Positions 35,301 to 45,562 of a stretch of 57,479 nucleotides of DNA are shown piece after piece. Where the stretch lies: NCBI RefSeq assembly GCF_001194135.2, contig NC_068982.1, positions 114,865,371 through 114,922,849 of the forward strand, written 5' to 3'. The DNA comes from Octopus bimaculoides (taxonomy: Eukaryota). The notes under the pieces were generated by a model, which was given only the letters and a program-made list of their open reading frames with translations, searched no databases and was not told where the DNA came from. The stretch's first letter is position 1, and each line of letters opens with the position of its first letter. The translations under genes were made by a program, and so were the position numbers.

Positions 35301-38300
35301 TAGGCCTACACCTGAGGTAGAGGCAGGATGCTCATGCAGGGGTGTATCTTTTGTAGAATTCTTTCTATGGTAAGCATTCAAGCAATTTCTCCCTCCCTTT
35401 CACATGTCTCAGATGCTGCGTTTAAAAAAATTTTTTTTCAAAATCTTTGTATTATTTGTTGTTCATTTAATTTTTCCTATTTTTAATAAAACCAGTTTAC
35501 CATAGTCTAGTATAGAAGTGTTTTCTATTTTTACATATTGTAATTTCAACTGCATATCACTCAGTTTTATTTAAATGGAATATAAAAAAAAATTTCTTTC
35601 AATTTCATTCATAGTTATCTGCCATGGTAGTGCTGTTCTCATTCTGTTACACTGAATAAAGTTATAGAAATAATTACATATTTCTCTTATGTTTTACAAG
35701 TGGGGGAAAAAGAATCCCTAAATGATGTCTGCATGTTTGTTTTTCCCTTCAAAACAAAGATAGAGATAGCCAAAGTTAAGCAATTATATTTCTGATTTGA
35801 CTTTTGTTAGTATTTGATAACTTTTTACTTTAGGAATGGAATATGGGACAAAGAGCATCAGACACCAGAGGTATCACATTTGAAGATGTTGTTGTTCCTG
35901 CTGAGGTAATACACTTTGGTATAATATTGAACTTGTATTAATTAATTGCTTCTGCCTACTATAAAAACTATGCCAAAACAACATGATACATATACAACAA
36001 AGATTGGCTTTTCTTTGTTGTGTGCATTAAACGATGTAGGAGTGTAACAAATGGTGAGATAATATACTAGAACAAACCTGTATAACCTATACAAGCATAC
36101 ATTCTCAGCTATATTGTTATTACCCCCCAAAAAGTTCATTTGATTATTCTGTTCACTTTCACTCAACAATTTGCTGTGTCCTCCTTGTCTCTTTTACTAT
36201 AATCCCAACAATGGAATATCTCTGCACAGTTATTTCAAAATAGAAATAGAAGTCAAATTCCTCTTATATCACATTTAACAATTTAATATAGTCTTAGAGA
36301 CATTAAATTTGAAAAAAAAATGGAATGGTCATGGTTGGAATACCTTTGATGAGGGCTTACTTGGAGCTAGGTAACTACATCACCACTATTTATCACCCAG
36401 ATTGTCATTTGGCCTAGCAGTAAAAAGCAGACAGAATACCCTCTACCATCTTAAAAATGTAAGGACCCTTTAGATAAGGCAGTCCGAGATACAAAACAAA
36501 AAGATATGGAACAGGACAGTCTTAATTATGTCTGCTCAATCAGAGACTAAACAAGTATTTCTTCACAACCTTGCTGACCACCACCCAATGCAACCAGGTA
36601 TTGTCTCCTCTTCATTCCTACAACAGCTCAACCTGCAAATTCCATATTAAATATTTCTTCCTAAATCAGTAACTGTTTGGAATTCCTTTCTTATCAAAGT
36701 TTTTTTTTATGTACACCACCTAACAGAAGTTTAAGCTGAACATCAACCCTCACCTCTATTTCATCATTCATGGAAGATGAAAGCTATGAACTCTATCCTT
36801 CTTCAGACTAAATAAGGGGTAAAAATATTTTTTTATTTTCAGAATGTTCTTGGTGCAGAAGGTATTGGTTTTAAGATTGCAATGGGCGCTTTCGACAAGA
36901 CACGACCTGCAGTAAGTGATTATTCATGTCTTATTCTGATATAAGGTTAAATGTGCTAAAATCTAGCCCAGAGTTGATTCATATAAAATATTATGAAAAT
37001 ACTGGATTGATTGATTACCTGATTGTTTTTCTTTATTCTATTTCCAGGTGGCATCAGGAGCTTGTGGGTTAGCACAAAGAGCCTTTGATGAAGCTACAAA
37101 ATATTCAATGGAGAGAAAAACCATGGGGCAACCCATTTGTTCAGTTAGTAAAACCTATATTTTGTATATTTATCTATTTCAAAATTTTATATCACGTTTT
37201 GTGAGCAACATCATTGTTGGTTTCAAGTTTCTGTTTGGCCAATCACTGGTTCACTGCATTTACAACAGCAAGAATGAAGGCAAGTTTCTGTAAAATTTGG
37301 GTGGAAGAAGTACTACATGATATTTTTTTTCAAAAGCACCGGTTTCTTTTTGTTTTTATTACCAATTGTCATACACAGACATGCATATTTATATATGGGA
37401 GCCTTCCACATAGGTTCAGCCTGCTAAATTTCACTCATAGGGCATTGGTTCATCTGAGACTATTGTAAAAGACCCAAGATACCATGGAAAGAGATCAAAC
37501 TGGAGACTAAGTTTTTTTTTTTTTATAGTTAAGTTTGGAGGAAAGGGCAGTGCCAGTGGCCATTATAGGCGATTTAAGACTGCTGAAATGAATGCCCTTA
37601 GTGTTCTGTTTTAAACATTTCCAAGTTAACAACTGTAGAGGAAAGACATGCAGAGAAGGAATTCTAGAGGAGGAAGGAATAGGTGTTGTGGTTAGTGTGG
37701 ACACTTGGAAGTTGGAGTTGACATAAGCAAGAAGTGATATAAGTGAGTAGTGAGTGCCTGAATAGAAGTGGCCAACTCTATGTGTGTAGGCTATTGTACT
37801 AACTATACAAGAGGCATATGTGTAGGCTAGATGCTGGAGTGTGTCTGTGAATGACTTTATGCTTATCAGTTGAATGGGTTGATCCATGGCTAAATAAACT
37901 ATTACCTTTAACTGGAATTCATTCACAATTCAATTTAAGTTATAGCAAAACTTGTCTCCATTGACAATTAATGGAGCCCCCTTGGGGTCCTTCAGCCTGA
38001 TAGCAATAAAACCTCTGGATACAGTGTATACAACAACAGTCCTGTCCCAGATGTAGAAGCAATATTCCATTGTAGGCCTCACCTGGCCTTTGCTGAGGTT
38101 CAGTAATTGTTCAAAGCTGAAATATTTTCTGACCTCAAAGGGAAGAGCCAGTCTTTGAGATGTGGTTCAAATTGTGTTAGGGTTATATTTCATCAAAAAA
38201 GATCCTCTGTGGTGGTGAGGCCTAACATTTAAAGCAATTATAAGAGCTTTTAAATGGGGTAAGGTATGACAATGTCTTTATGGTATGAGCAGTTTTGTAT

Positions 38301-39639
38301 TTTTTGCTGTTGAGACACAATTGGTAGGAACCCACTGGTGAATACTTTTGAAGATTTTGTTCATAGAAAGAGTGTGGGTGTCTTGGTTTCATGTGAATGA
38401 TACTTGAGTGAGGGAAGGTTAAGAGAGAATGAAGAGTGATATCATTTGTGTAATATTGGGCATTATTAGAGGTGATGTAAAGTAGATCATTGGTGTATAA
38501 GAAGAAGAGTTTGGGGACTGAACCCTGGGGTACGCTAGAGCTGGTAGAGCATCAGCTAAAATGGTAGTGGGTGGATGGCAGAATCAGTAAGCAGCATGTC
38601 AGACAAAATACTTTGTGGACCATCATTTTATGTTCAATTCCTATTCAGATCTACTTTACCATTCACTTTTTTTTTTTTTTTTTGAGATCAATAAAATAAA
38701 CACTGGGATTGATGTAGAAGGTAGTGCCCCTGCATGACCAAAATCCAAAGACCAAAACACGTAAAAGAATAAGAGAATATTTTCTCCCTGTCAGATTTTT
38801 CGACTGTTGTTTACTATGTGAAATCATTAATGTTAACCTACTTTCTACCATGAAATTATCTAGATTAGAACAGTATTCATATTTTACCAGTGTACTTATT
38901 TCATTAAATACGTACCTGTAAAGCACTAGTATTGATTTAATTAGCTATACTTTTCCTCAAAATTTATGGACTTATGCCTATGATGGAAATCATTATTTTG
39001 TTAACTTAATGTCTTTGTTTCCTTTGCAGCACCAAGCTGTTGCCTTTATGTTGGCTGATATGGCAATTGGAATTGAATCAGCACGACTGATGATGTATAA
39101 ATCTGCTTGGGAAATTGACAATGGTATCCGAAATACTTACAATGCTTCAATTGCCAAATGTCTGGCCGGAGATGTTGCAAATAAATGTACAACTGATGCT
39201 GTACAGGTAAACGCTTTATTCATACTCTTCTATGTTAAACTAGGCACCCAAATTTCATTCATTCTCCCACTTGTATGCTATAATTTAGCATATTTTGGGT
39301 CACTCAAACACCATCGGTCCATATCAAAATAACACTGAATGAGAATTAACAGAATACCTTAATTTTTATATGTTTGGAGAAAATGTTGATGATATATGAA
39401 GATGTTTGCATGTTATATTTTAAATTGCTCTGTGTTACTCTTTTACTTGTTTCAGTCATTTGACTGTGGCCATGCTGGAGCACCACCTTTAGTCGAGCAA
39501 ATCAACCCCAGGACTTATTCTACTGGTCTTTTTTGCCGAACTGCTAAGTTACGGGGACGTAAACAAACCAGCATTGGTTGTCAAGTGATGTTGGGGGGAC
39601 AAATACAGACACACAAACATATGCACACACACACATATA

Positions 39640-39674
<35 letters not shown>

Positions 39675-40782
39675 ACGGGATTCTTTTCAGTTTCCGTCTA
39701 CCAAATCCATCCGTTCACAAGGCTTTGGTCAGCCCGAGGCTATAGTAGAAGACACTTGCCCAAGGTGCCACACAGTGGGACTGAACCCGGAACCATGTGG
39801 TTCGTAAGCAAGCTACTTACCACACAGCCACTCTTACGCCTTTATGTCCTTTATCATAGCTTAACTTCTCACTACCTGGCACAAAGCCATCTCTCTCATA
39901 CTACTCCTCCCTTAGTCAAGAAGTTTTGTCTTTATTTTGCATATTACTTAGTGACCTCACTGGTGCTGGTTCTCTGTAAAGTGGTTGATTATGTTTATAA
40001 AATAAATATGAAGTACATGTTCTTTCACTGTTATACTCTTTCTTTTATTAGATATTTGGTGGAAATGGTTTCAACAGCGATTATCCAGTTGAAAAACTAA
40101 TGAGAGATGCTAAGATTTACCAGGTCAGTGTTAAAATAATTTTGATTTATTGTCGGGTGACTTTTGGCCAACACTGTATTTGTGTGTGTGTGTGTGTGTG
40201 TGTGTCTGTGTCTGTGTTTGTCCCCCCATCACCACTTGACAACTGCTGTTGGTGGATTTAGATCCCTGTATTTTAGCAGTTTGGCAAAAGAGACCGATGG
40301 AATATGTTCTAGGTTTAAAAAAAAAAGGTCTTAGAGTTGATTTGTTCAACTAAAACCCTTTCATGGCAGTGCTGCAGCGTCTCTGCAGTCAAATGACTGA
40401 AACAAGTAAAAGAGTTAGTTGATCAAATATTTAACGAATTGCCTAACAATAAAGAAGTGTTATTGGACCAGTGCATGTGTTTATTATTGGTATAATGACC
40501 CTCCCAAGACAACAAAAGAATTCACATTAAGAATCTTGCAAACCAAATACAAAAATGAAGATTCTATATTTTTAACCTTCCCATTATTGTTATATGAAAA
40601 AATATTTAATAGAAATTTAGCACTTAATTGGTTTACGTTTAATAAGTTGTTGATCTTTAACATGAATAATTTCTAATTTATATATTTTCTTATTGAACTT
40701 TCAGATTTATGAGGGTACAGCTCAAATTCAAAGACTAATTATAGCAAGAGAACTTTTAAGTCGAGCCAAGAAGAACATGTAA
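12518..40782 (+). CDS. ACADM: Medium-chain specific acyl-CoA dehydrogenase, mitochondrial (MCAD); spliced CDS, 13 exons, 416 aa
   Basis: Manual splicing: join(12518-12544,24990-25059,27739-27836,30307-30376,31487-31587,32867-32947,34593-34832,35834-35905,36843-36911,37048-37143,39030-39206,40052-40123,40705-40782) = 1251 nt, one open frame ending in TAA, all introns GT..AG. Motifs: [40 protein letters not shown] (Thr at the position where LCAD has its catalytic Glu), [19 protein letters not shown] (catalytic Glu376 equivalent). Most exon sizes equal those of human ACADM (98, 70, 101, 81, 96 nt). Confidence 0.97.
12877..13753. mobile_element. Foldback/MITE with long inverted arms in ACADM intron 1
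   Basis: 12877-13015 and ~13080-13140 are inverted copies of 13612-13753 and ~13555-13620, e.g. ACTTTGGATGATCATAACTTTCAGAAAAATG and TACGAATATGTGTTATATCATGTAGATTCCGAATATACAA. Confidence 0.85.
13870..14720 (+). repeat. ~145-bp tandem repeat array interrupted by a SINE fragment and a solo LTR
   Basis: GGGGTTTTTT(C)AATGAAATTTTATA..AAATACC and GGGGAGAGGACTT..AAAATTCAC recur; inverted copy at 16290-16482. Confidence 0.65.
14053..14460 (-). mobile_element. Solo LTR, family A variant, with target-site duplication CCAT(T)
   Basis: Homologous to 7822-8130. Flanked by CCATT at 14049-14053 and 14461-14465. Removing it restores the host repeat unit seen at ~14600. Confidence 0.88.
16290..16482 (-). repeat. 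Inverted copy of the ~145-bp repeat
   Basis: Reverse complement of the 14480-14720 motifs (TGGATTTTGTGAATTTTCCAAAGTCC, TATAAAATTTCATTGAAAAAAAACCCC). Confidence 0.7.
17008..17066. repeat. ~20-bp tandem repeat x3 (AAACACTTGACTTGCTAGT)
   Basis: Directly visible next to a gap. Confidence 0.75.
18997..19479. mobile_element. MITE with ~145-150 bp TIRs in ACADM intron 1
   Basis: 18997-19141 is the reverse complement of 19335-19479 with few mismatches; the first ~67 bp are identical. Confidence 0.9.
20561..20860. mobile_element. Decayed MITE-like element with ~55-bp inverted arms
   Basis: AAATGGAGTTCA..AGA.TC.TTATTCATCACAAC at ~20577-20612 is inverted at ~20797-20845. Confidence 0.55.
21440..21750 (+). 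mobile_element. RTE-LINE 3' UTR / tail fragment
   Basis: GTAAAAAGCACC..GAGTGGTTGG.GTTAG.AA.GGCATCCA...CCCATGC..GCATGGAA..TGGACGTTAAATGATGA, shared with 23440, 42163 and 46474. Confidence 0.75.
22135..22480 (+). mobile_element. RTE LINE C-terminal coding remnant
   Basis: Degenerate GSDMWAL...LYGHVM.M...[13 protein letters not shown]. Confidence 0.65.
23090..23205 (-). mobile_element. SINE family 1 head fragment
   Basis: CAAGGCTTTGGTCAG...GAAGATACTTGCCCAAGGTACCATGTAGTGG...CATGGTTGGGAAGCA. Confidence 0.75.
23430..23729 (+). mobile_element. RTE-LINE 3' UTR fragment with (GAT)n tail
   Basis: Near-identical to 46560-46784. Confidence 0.85.
24990..25059 (+). CDS. ACADM: ACADM exon 2 ([23 protein letters not shown])
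   Basis: ttttatattgcag|GTT...TTT T|gtatgt. Starts VLRS like human exon 2. Phase 1 end matches exon 3. Confidence 0.85.
26130..26841 (+). mobile_element. Non-autonomous Helitron/Helentron-like element with a 222-bp tandem duplication
   Basis: 26167-26388 is repeated at 26389-26608. The AAGTTTGGTGAAAATC...TTATATATTAGAT ending resembles DINE/HINE-type elements; the classification is tentative. Confidence 0.45.
27000..27640 (-). mobile_element. CR1/L2-like LINE remnant
   Basis: Minus-strand [15 protein letters not shown] resembles the LYKxxVRPxLEY motif. Confidence 0.45.
27739..27836 (+). CDS. ACADM: ACADM exon 3 ([32 protein letters not shown])
   Basis: ctttacag|...GAA|gttagt, 98 nt; conserved [14 protein letters not shown]. 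Confidence 0.96.
27869..29676 (+). mobile_element. Non-autonomous Helitron-like element (5' TC ... 3' CTAG|T) with a nested SINE and a duplicated 3' end
   Basis: Starts TCTATATATAAAA, ends GCAAGGCCGGGTTTCTCTGCTAG|T; ~29185-29400 is duplicated at ~29478-29676. Confidence 0.6.
28762..29084 (+). mobile_element. tRNA-derived SINE family 3
   Basis: GGAGGCACAATGGCCTAGTGGTTAGGGCAG head (A box) and GTTTTGATTCCC (B box), as at 44444 and 52528; different 3' part with an A-rich tail. Confidence 0.85.
30307..30376 (+). CDS. ACADM: ACADM exon 4 ([24 protein letters not shown])
   Basis: tttcag|TAT...TAT G|gtaagt, 70 nt. Confidence 0.96.
30950..31105 (+). mobile_element. SINE family 4 fragment (intron 4)
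   Basis: CTGAGTTCAAA..C..GAGGTTAACTTTGCC.TT.ATCCTT, homologous to 51352 and 53015. Confidence 0.7.
31125..31265 (-). mobile_element. RTE-LINE tail fragment (intron 4)
   Basis: (ATC)n then TTTAACATC...CCATGCTGGCATGGGTTGGACGG, the reverse complement of the tail family. Confidence 0.8.
31487..31587 (+). CDS. ACADM: ACADM exon 5 ([33 protein letters not shown])
   Basis: ttacag|GT...GGG|gtaagt, 101 nt. Confidence 0.96.
31985..32815 (-). mobile_element. Stack of 3-4 SINE family 4 copies with (AAT)n tracts (intron 5)
   Basis: Repeated GGCACAAGGCC..AA.TTT..GG..GG and GAACTCAGAACATAAAG; head ...GCTAACGATTCTGCCAGCTCACCGCC at 32774-32800. Confidence 0.8.
32867..32947 (+). CDS. ACADM: ACADM exon 6 ([27 protein letters not shown])
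   Basis: atacag|CAA...TGT|gtaggt, 81 nt. Confidence 0.96.
34593..34832 (+). CDS. ACADM: ACADM exon 7 ([13 protein letters not shown]...IIKGRK), equals human exons 7+8
   Basis: tttag|GCT...AAG|gtatgt, 240 nt; FAD-binding TEPGAGSD and KMWITNG. Confidence 0.98.
35834..35905 (+). CDS. ACADM: ACADM exon 8 ([24 protein letters not shown])
   Basis: tttag|GAA...GAG|gtaata, 72 nt. Confidence 0.96.
36843..36911 (+). CDS. ACADM: ACADM exon 9 ([23 protein letters not shown])
   Basis: ttttcag|AAT...GCA|gtaagt, 69 nt. Confidence 0.96.
37048..37143 (+). CDS. ACADM: ACADM exon 10 ([32 protein letters not shown])
   Basis: ttccag|GTG...TCA|gttagt, 96 nt. Confidence 0.96.
37495..38640 (-). mobile_element. 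Degenerate CR1/L2-like LINE RT and 3' end (intron 10)
   Basis: Minus-strand VPQGSV (~38520), FLYTNDLL (~38480) and [14 protein letters not shown] near the 3' end; A-rich tail at 37510. Confidence 0.7.
39030..39206 (+). CDS. ACADM: ACADM exon 11 ([14 protein letters not shown]...TTDAVQ)
   Basis: tttgcag|CAC...CAG|gtaaac, 177 nt. Confidence 0.97.
39437..39841 (-). mobile_element. Full-length SINE family 1 (intron 11)
   Basis: tRNA-like head at 39841, central (CA)/(TA) microsatellite, and ...GACTGAAACAAGTAAAAGAGT tail. Confidence 0.92.
40052..40123 (+). CDS. ACADM: ACADM exon 12 ([24 protein letters not shown])
   Basis: ttattag|ATA...CAG|gtcagt, 72 nt. Confidence 0.97.
40195..40415 (+). mobile_element. 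SINE family 1, 3' half (intron 12)
   Basis: Ends CAGTCAAATGACTGAAACAAGTAAAAGAGT, the exact inverse of 39437-39466. Confidence 0.85.
40705..40782 (+). CDS. ACADM: ACADM exon 13 coding part ([25 protein letters not shown])
   Basis: tttcag|ATT...TAA; contains the catalytic Glu. Confidence 0.97.
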   Translation: MYEGTAQIQRLIIARELLSRAKKNM

Positions 40783-41973
40783 TGTTTGATATCCTTGGAT
40801 AAAACACTTCAGTCTGAATGATATTGCTGTCTTCATTTATAACATAGTACATTAACAGAAGTTGATTGAGATGTAGGATTTTTTCATAAAAAAATAATCA
40901 CCATTAAATAAGAGCTAAAATTATTTACTATGAAATAGATGCAAACACCTGCAACCCATAAAATTATATTGTTCTACAATAATTAGTTACAAACTCATTG
41001 TTGCCAATGGTAATATTAGCTGTATTGATTAATTTTTATCATCAGATAAATGTATCTTTTTGATTTTATTTTCAATTTTTATTTTTTATGTGAAGATAAC
41101 AATATATTAACTAATTTTTATTTCCAAATCTTACTTTTTATTATAAATTAAGTTATGTAATTAGAGTTTTACTTCCTAGTTTTAAGGTAGTCTTAATTTT
41201 TAATTTTCTTTTCTTTTACTTATTGCTGCTATTAAGAAGTGATGAAACTTTTTTCAGTTTCATGGCATTGTTGAGAGATATTACTTACTCTGAGTAGGAT
41301 ACCATCTTTTGCTACTTTTGCCCATATAAGGATATATATTTTAAAGTAACAATTAATTTTGCCATGAGCTGTGCTTCCTTGTGGAATCTATTAGCAGATT
41401 AAAGGACTAAGATATTGAGCATTTGAGGACTGAGATATTGAGCATTTATTTAAGTTTCATTTAAATTTATCTTTCATATGCTTGGTATACAGTAATCATG
41501 TATAGGCTACCCTGACCTAACATTACTGTAACTATTTTAATTACCTCTACATTAACTTTTTAACTATTTTAACACTAAAAACTATTCAACCATATCGTAA
41601 ATATATATCTATTATATACAGTAAGTGCTGGAGAACAATAGTGATGAAATAATGCTAAACTAGGAATTAATCAAGAAGAATCAGTTTAACTAAATTATCT
41701 ACACCTATTTCATCCAGATATCACAATCATGTTTGAAAGAGTATTTTCAAGTCAGGGTGTATATGAGTAGAATCTTTTCTTTATAAAATAAGAAATTCAG
41801 AAGGCACAATTGTATAGAGAGAATATTAGAAGAAAACCAAAAGTAGATGCCAATTCCTTGGGCATATATGTTCAAAATGTTTTGGACATTTTCAAGGATT
41901 TTAAAAGCCGTTCATTTCTTTTAAAAATTAGATTTGTCTATTTCATTATAAATGTTTTTATAATATTAAATGC

Positions 41974-41979
41974 AATAAA
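41974..41979 (+). terminator. Candidate ACADM polyadenylation signal AATAAA
   Basis: AATAAA in the U-rich region after the stop and before the next TE at 42163. An ATTAAA near 40904 is an alternative; no transcript evidence. Confidence 0.3.
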
Positions 41980-42162
41980 TAATTATATTTTCATGCATGT
42001 GGTAGTTAATTATTTTCTTTTATTCAAGCTAATTTCATAATCTTAAATGAGTTAACATGTTTTTGTTTCTGTGAAATTATGGTTTTTGTTAAATGGAACC
42101 CTGCTGATGAGTTAAATGCATAATTAGCATCATAATAGAATTTGAAGAATACTAGATGCTGA

Positions 42163-42790
42163 TATATCATCATCATCGTTTAACATCCGTTTTCCATGCT
42201 GGCATGGGTTGGATAGTTTGACTGTGGTCTGGAGAGCCAGCGACTGCACCAGGCTCCAATCTGATGTGGCAATGTTTCTACAACTGGATGCCCTTCCTAA
42301 CGCCAACCACTCCAAGAGTGTTGTGGTTACTTTTTACGTGCCACCGGCACAGGAGCCAGTCAGGCAGGCCTGGCATCGATCACGTTCGGATAGTGCTTTT
42401 TACGCTCCACCGGCATGGGGGCCAGTCAGTGGGTACTGGCATTGGCCACGTTTGGATGGTGTTTTTTACATACCGCCGGCACGGGAGCCAGTCGGGGGCA
42501 CTGACCACAGCTACAGTATTGGTTTTACTTGATTCAACAGGTCTTCTCAAGCATATCATATCACCCGACACATCAAGGGTACTCTTAACTGGGCCAGACT
42601 TTTAGCTGTGATCTCACTTTAGTTGCCAGGTCTTCTTAATCACAACATATCTCCCAAGGTGTTGGTCTCCTATCATTGCCTCTGTTCAAAGGTCATGCTT
42701 CACCACCTCATCCCATGTCTTCCTGGGTCTGCCTCTTCCACAGTTAGGGAGTGGCACTTCCTCACACAGCTGTCCTCTTCCACATATATA
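42163..42790 (-). mobile_element. 5'-truncated RTE LINE (ORF C-terminus + 3' UTR with ~67-bp repeats + (GAT)n tail)
   Basis: Minus-strand CGRGRPRKTWDEVVKHDL (~42690-42745) is continuous with the tail family; three TTTTAC..C.CCGGCA..GG.GCCAGTC units at 42330-42500. Confidence 0.85.
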
Positions 42791-42811
42791 TATAAAAATA
42801 TATAATCGTTA

Positions 42812-43232
42812 TTGTGGCCGTGTGGTAAGCAGTTCGCTTCCTAACCACACGGTTTCGGGTTCAGTCCCACTGCATTGCATCTTGGACAAATATCATCTAT
42901 TATTGTGCAGGGCCAACCCATGCCGTGTAAGTAAATTTAGTAGACAGAAACTAAAAGAAGCCTGTTTTGTGTGTGTGTGTGTGTGTGTTACTGTCTTCTT
43001 TTTTTGACATTGTGTGATAGTTGTAGGTAAGTGCCACTGTCATGCAGGTGGTGTCCTTCATTATAATCTTCTGAGACATGTCTGGTGATGAGGAAATATT
43101 GCCTTACTTGGAGACAGGTGAGAGTTGGCAACAGGAAGAGCATCCAGCTATAGAAAATCTGCCTCAACAAATTCCATCTAACCCATGTCAGTATTGTAAA
43201 GTGGATGATAAATGATGATGGTGATGCTGATG
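42812..43232 (+). mobile_element. SINE with a family 1 tRNA head and an RTE-derived tail
   Basis: GTGGCCGTGTGGTAAG...GGGTTCAGTCCCACTGC head; 3' end GTTGGC.ACAGGAAG.GCATCCAGCT.TAGAAA...CCCATG...AATGATGATG. Confidence 0.75.
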
Positions 43233-44441
43233 ATTCTATTAATCCTAATTATACTAATTTCACTTGTGGATCTCAGTTCCCTTGGGTCATATTTAACCTT
43301 TCTTAAAAGAATTGTTTGCATGGTGTTTTTCCCCACTCTTTTACTTCAGAGAAAAGATAGTGCTCATGTTCTTTTATAGGGTGTTGGAGACTGATGGGAA
43401 TGAGTGAGGAAGGTACCCTCAAACTGGAAACCTGGCCTGAATGTTTGCAACAGAGTAGGCCCCACTAAAGGTATCCAAGGTACTTGGTGATGATTTTAAA
43501 GTGGCCAGTGGATTAAGTCTACCACCCAAGTAGGCCATGGCAGAATTTGAACTCTGAATGCAAAGAGCTAGAACAAATGTCTGAAGTTGAACTCATCTCC
43601 GTCAAGCATCACCACTGGAACCTCTCTATTGTCATTCCACTTGCTAGAAATAGGAGTTACATTTGCCTCAAATCATACTGTACTTGTTTTAAAAACATAA
43701 GGTTACACTGAATAATATAGTCTTAAATAAACTATTCCTGAAAACGACGCATTGTTCATGTTAGCTCAATGCATCTTTGCTCTGGTGAATTGTAGCTAAA
43801 AGAAGGTTAACCAACTGAAGATATCAGGGTCCAGGCAAAAAGTCCTAAAATATATTATAATCTTCCTTTGTGTTGGTTCATTTCACATTATTATTCTTTT
43901 ATCTACCTGAGTACAGTAACCCCACCTATATAAGTTAGAACATATCTTCCTAAAAATTATCAGTGCAGTGGAAAGCCAATAATGCAACCAAATGCTAAGG
44001 AAAGATTGCAGACAAGTGATGATAAAGAAAAACACTAACCTGTTTCCATGTATAATCTGCTTTAGAGTATATAAATTCAAGGGTCATTACGGTAATCCTC
44101 CAAAAATAATCTAACACAGTCAGGTCACCTGTGAAGGATTACTGAGGAAAGCTTGTGGAGCATGACTACTCAATCATCTGGAAAGCCATTGAAAGTATTA
44201 GAAAAGAACAAGCTCTTGTATCAACAACTCTGATTAAGGATTCTTGTGGTGAGCCTCCATGAAAATGAGTCAAACATGTCATAAAGGAACATCTACAGGT
44301 TGTAGTAAAATGAACTTTAAATGAACCTTGACACTTTGTGAGGTTTTCAATATCATATTTGTTTTAAATTTTCAAAGATACAGTACGATATTCTTTATAT
44401 TATGCACATTTGTGTGATTAGGGTTATATAATTAAGGTAAT

Positions 44442-44829
44442 GTGGAGGCACAATGGCCCAGTGGTTAGGGCAGCAGACTCGTGGTCATAGGATCGCGGTT
44501 TCGATTCCCAGACTGGGTGTTGTGAGTGTTTATTGAGCAAAAACACCTAAAGCTCCACGAGACTCCAGCAAGGGATGGTGGCAAACCCTGCTGTACTCTT
44601 TTTCACCACAACTTTCTCTCACTCTTACTTCCTGTTTCTGTTGTACCTGTAATTCAAAGGGTCAGCCTTGTCACACTGTATCACGCTGAATATCCCATGA
44701 ACTACGTTAAGGGTACACGTGTCTGTGGAGTGCTCAGCCACTTGCACGTTAATTTCACAAGTAGGCTGTTCCGTTGATTGGATCAACTGGAACCCTCGTC
44801 GTCGTAAGCGTCGGAGTGCCAACAACAAA
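44442..44829 (+). mobile_element. Full-length SINE family 3 with an imperfect ~10-bp TSD
   Basis: A/B boxes and (CAA)n tail; flanks TTAAGGTAAT (44432) and TTTAGGTAAT (44830). Confidence 0.92.
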
Positions 44830-45334
44830 TTTAGGTAATATTATCTCAGAGAAGTGTTCATAGAGTACAAGCAATAAGAATAAAAGTTATGATTAAAAAA
44901 AATTTCGTTTTTGTCCAGGGTGAGGTGTTCTAAGGGTTTTTTTTTCTAGGGGTTTTTGTCCCTGGGTATTTTGCCCTCGTTTTTTTTCCTCAGGAAAGAG
45001 GTACACTCGAAGGTATCTGTAATGTTAATCCTTAATTTAAATACCACACACCTTTTTATTGATTTGTCATTAAGCGCATGTATTATTTAGTTTTGTAAAT
45101 TTAAGATTTGAATGGCTAGACATGAAAATTAAATACACAGTTCAAAGTCCAACATAACCGACATGGGTTTGGTTCATTTTTTTATGAAAAACTTATCCTT
45201 GAATGGTTTATTGTTTATCATTTCTCTTTATTGTAGACATGATTTAGCTTTCATCAAATTTAATACGTTCATATCACTAAGCTGTGTTTGTATGCAATGT
45301 CAATAACGTTCAGTTAAGTTCATTATCTTTTATC

Positions 45335-45530
45335 GGATCTTTTACTTGTTTCAGTCATTAGACTGCGACCAAGCTGGGGCACCGTCTTGAAGAATTTTTA
45401 GTCAAATGAATCGACCCCAGTATTTATAATTTTTTTTATCGGACTCTTTTGCCGAACCGTTATTTTTCGGGGATGTAAACACACCAACACCGGTTGTCAA
45501 TTGGTGGTGGGACGGACACACACACACATG

Positions 45531-45562
<32 letters not shown>

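Noticed and set aside
39069-39071. Gly at the position of human Lys329 (common MCAD-deficiency site)
   Set aside because: To my knowledge MAIG is the usual invertebrate state at this helix position, so it is not a lesion.
39396-40100. 234-aa ORF in intron 11
   Set aside because: It is read-through of an antisense SINE plus an out-of-frame overlap with exon 12; the same pseudo-peptide recurs at other SINE copies.
42104-42110. CTGATGA motifs (also 55514) as hammerhead or C/D-box cores
   Set aside because: No stem II/GAAA follows. The 55514 instance is Penelope coding sequence on the opposite strand.
44444-44520. tRNA-like sequences (also 28763, 52450-52528 and the SINE family 1/4 heads)
   Set aside because: They have A/B boxes but no proper acceptor stem, continue into SINE bodies, and are flanked by TSDs. 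They are SINE heads, not tRNA genes.
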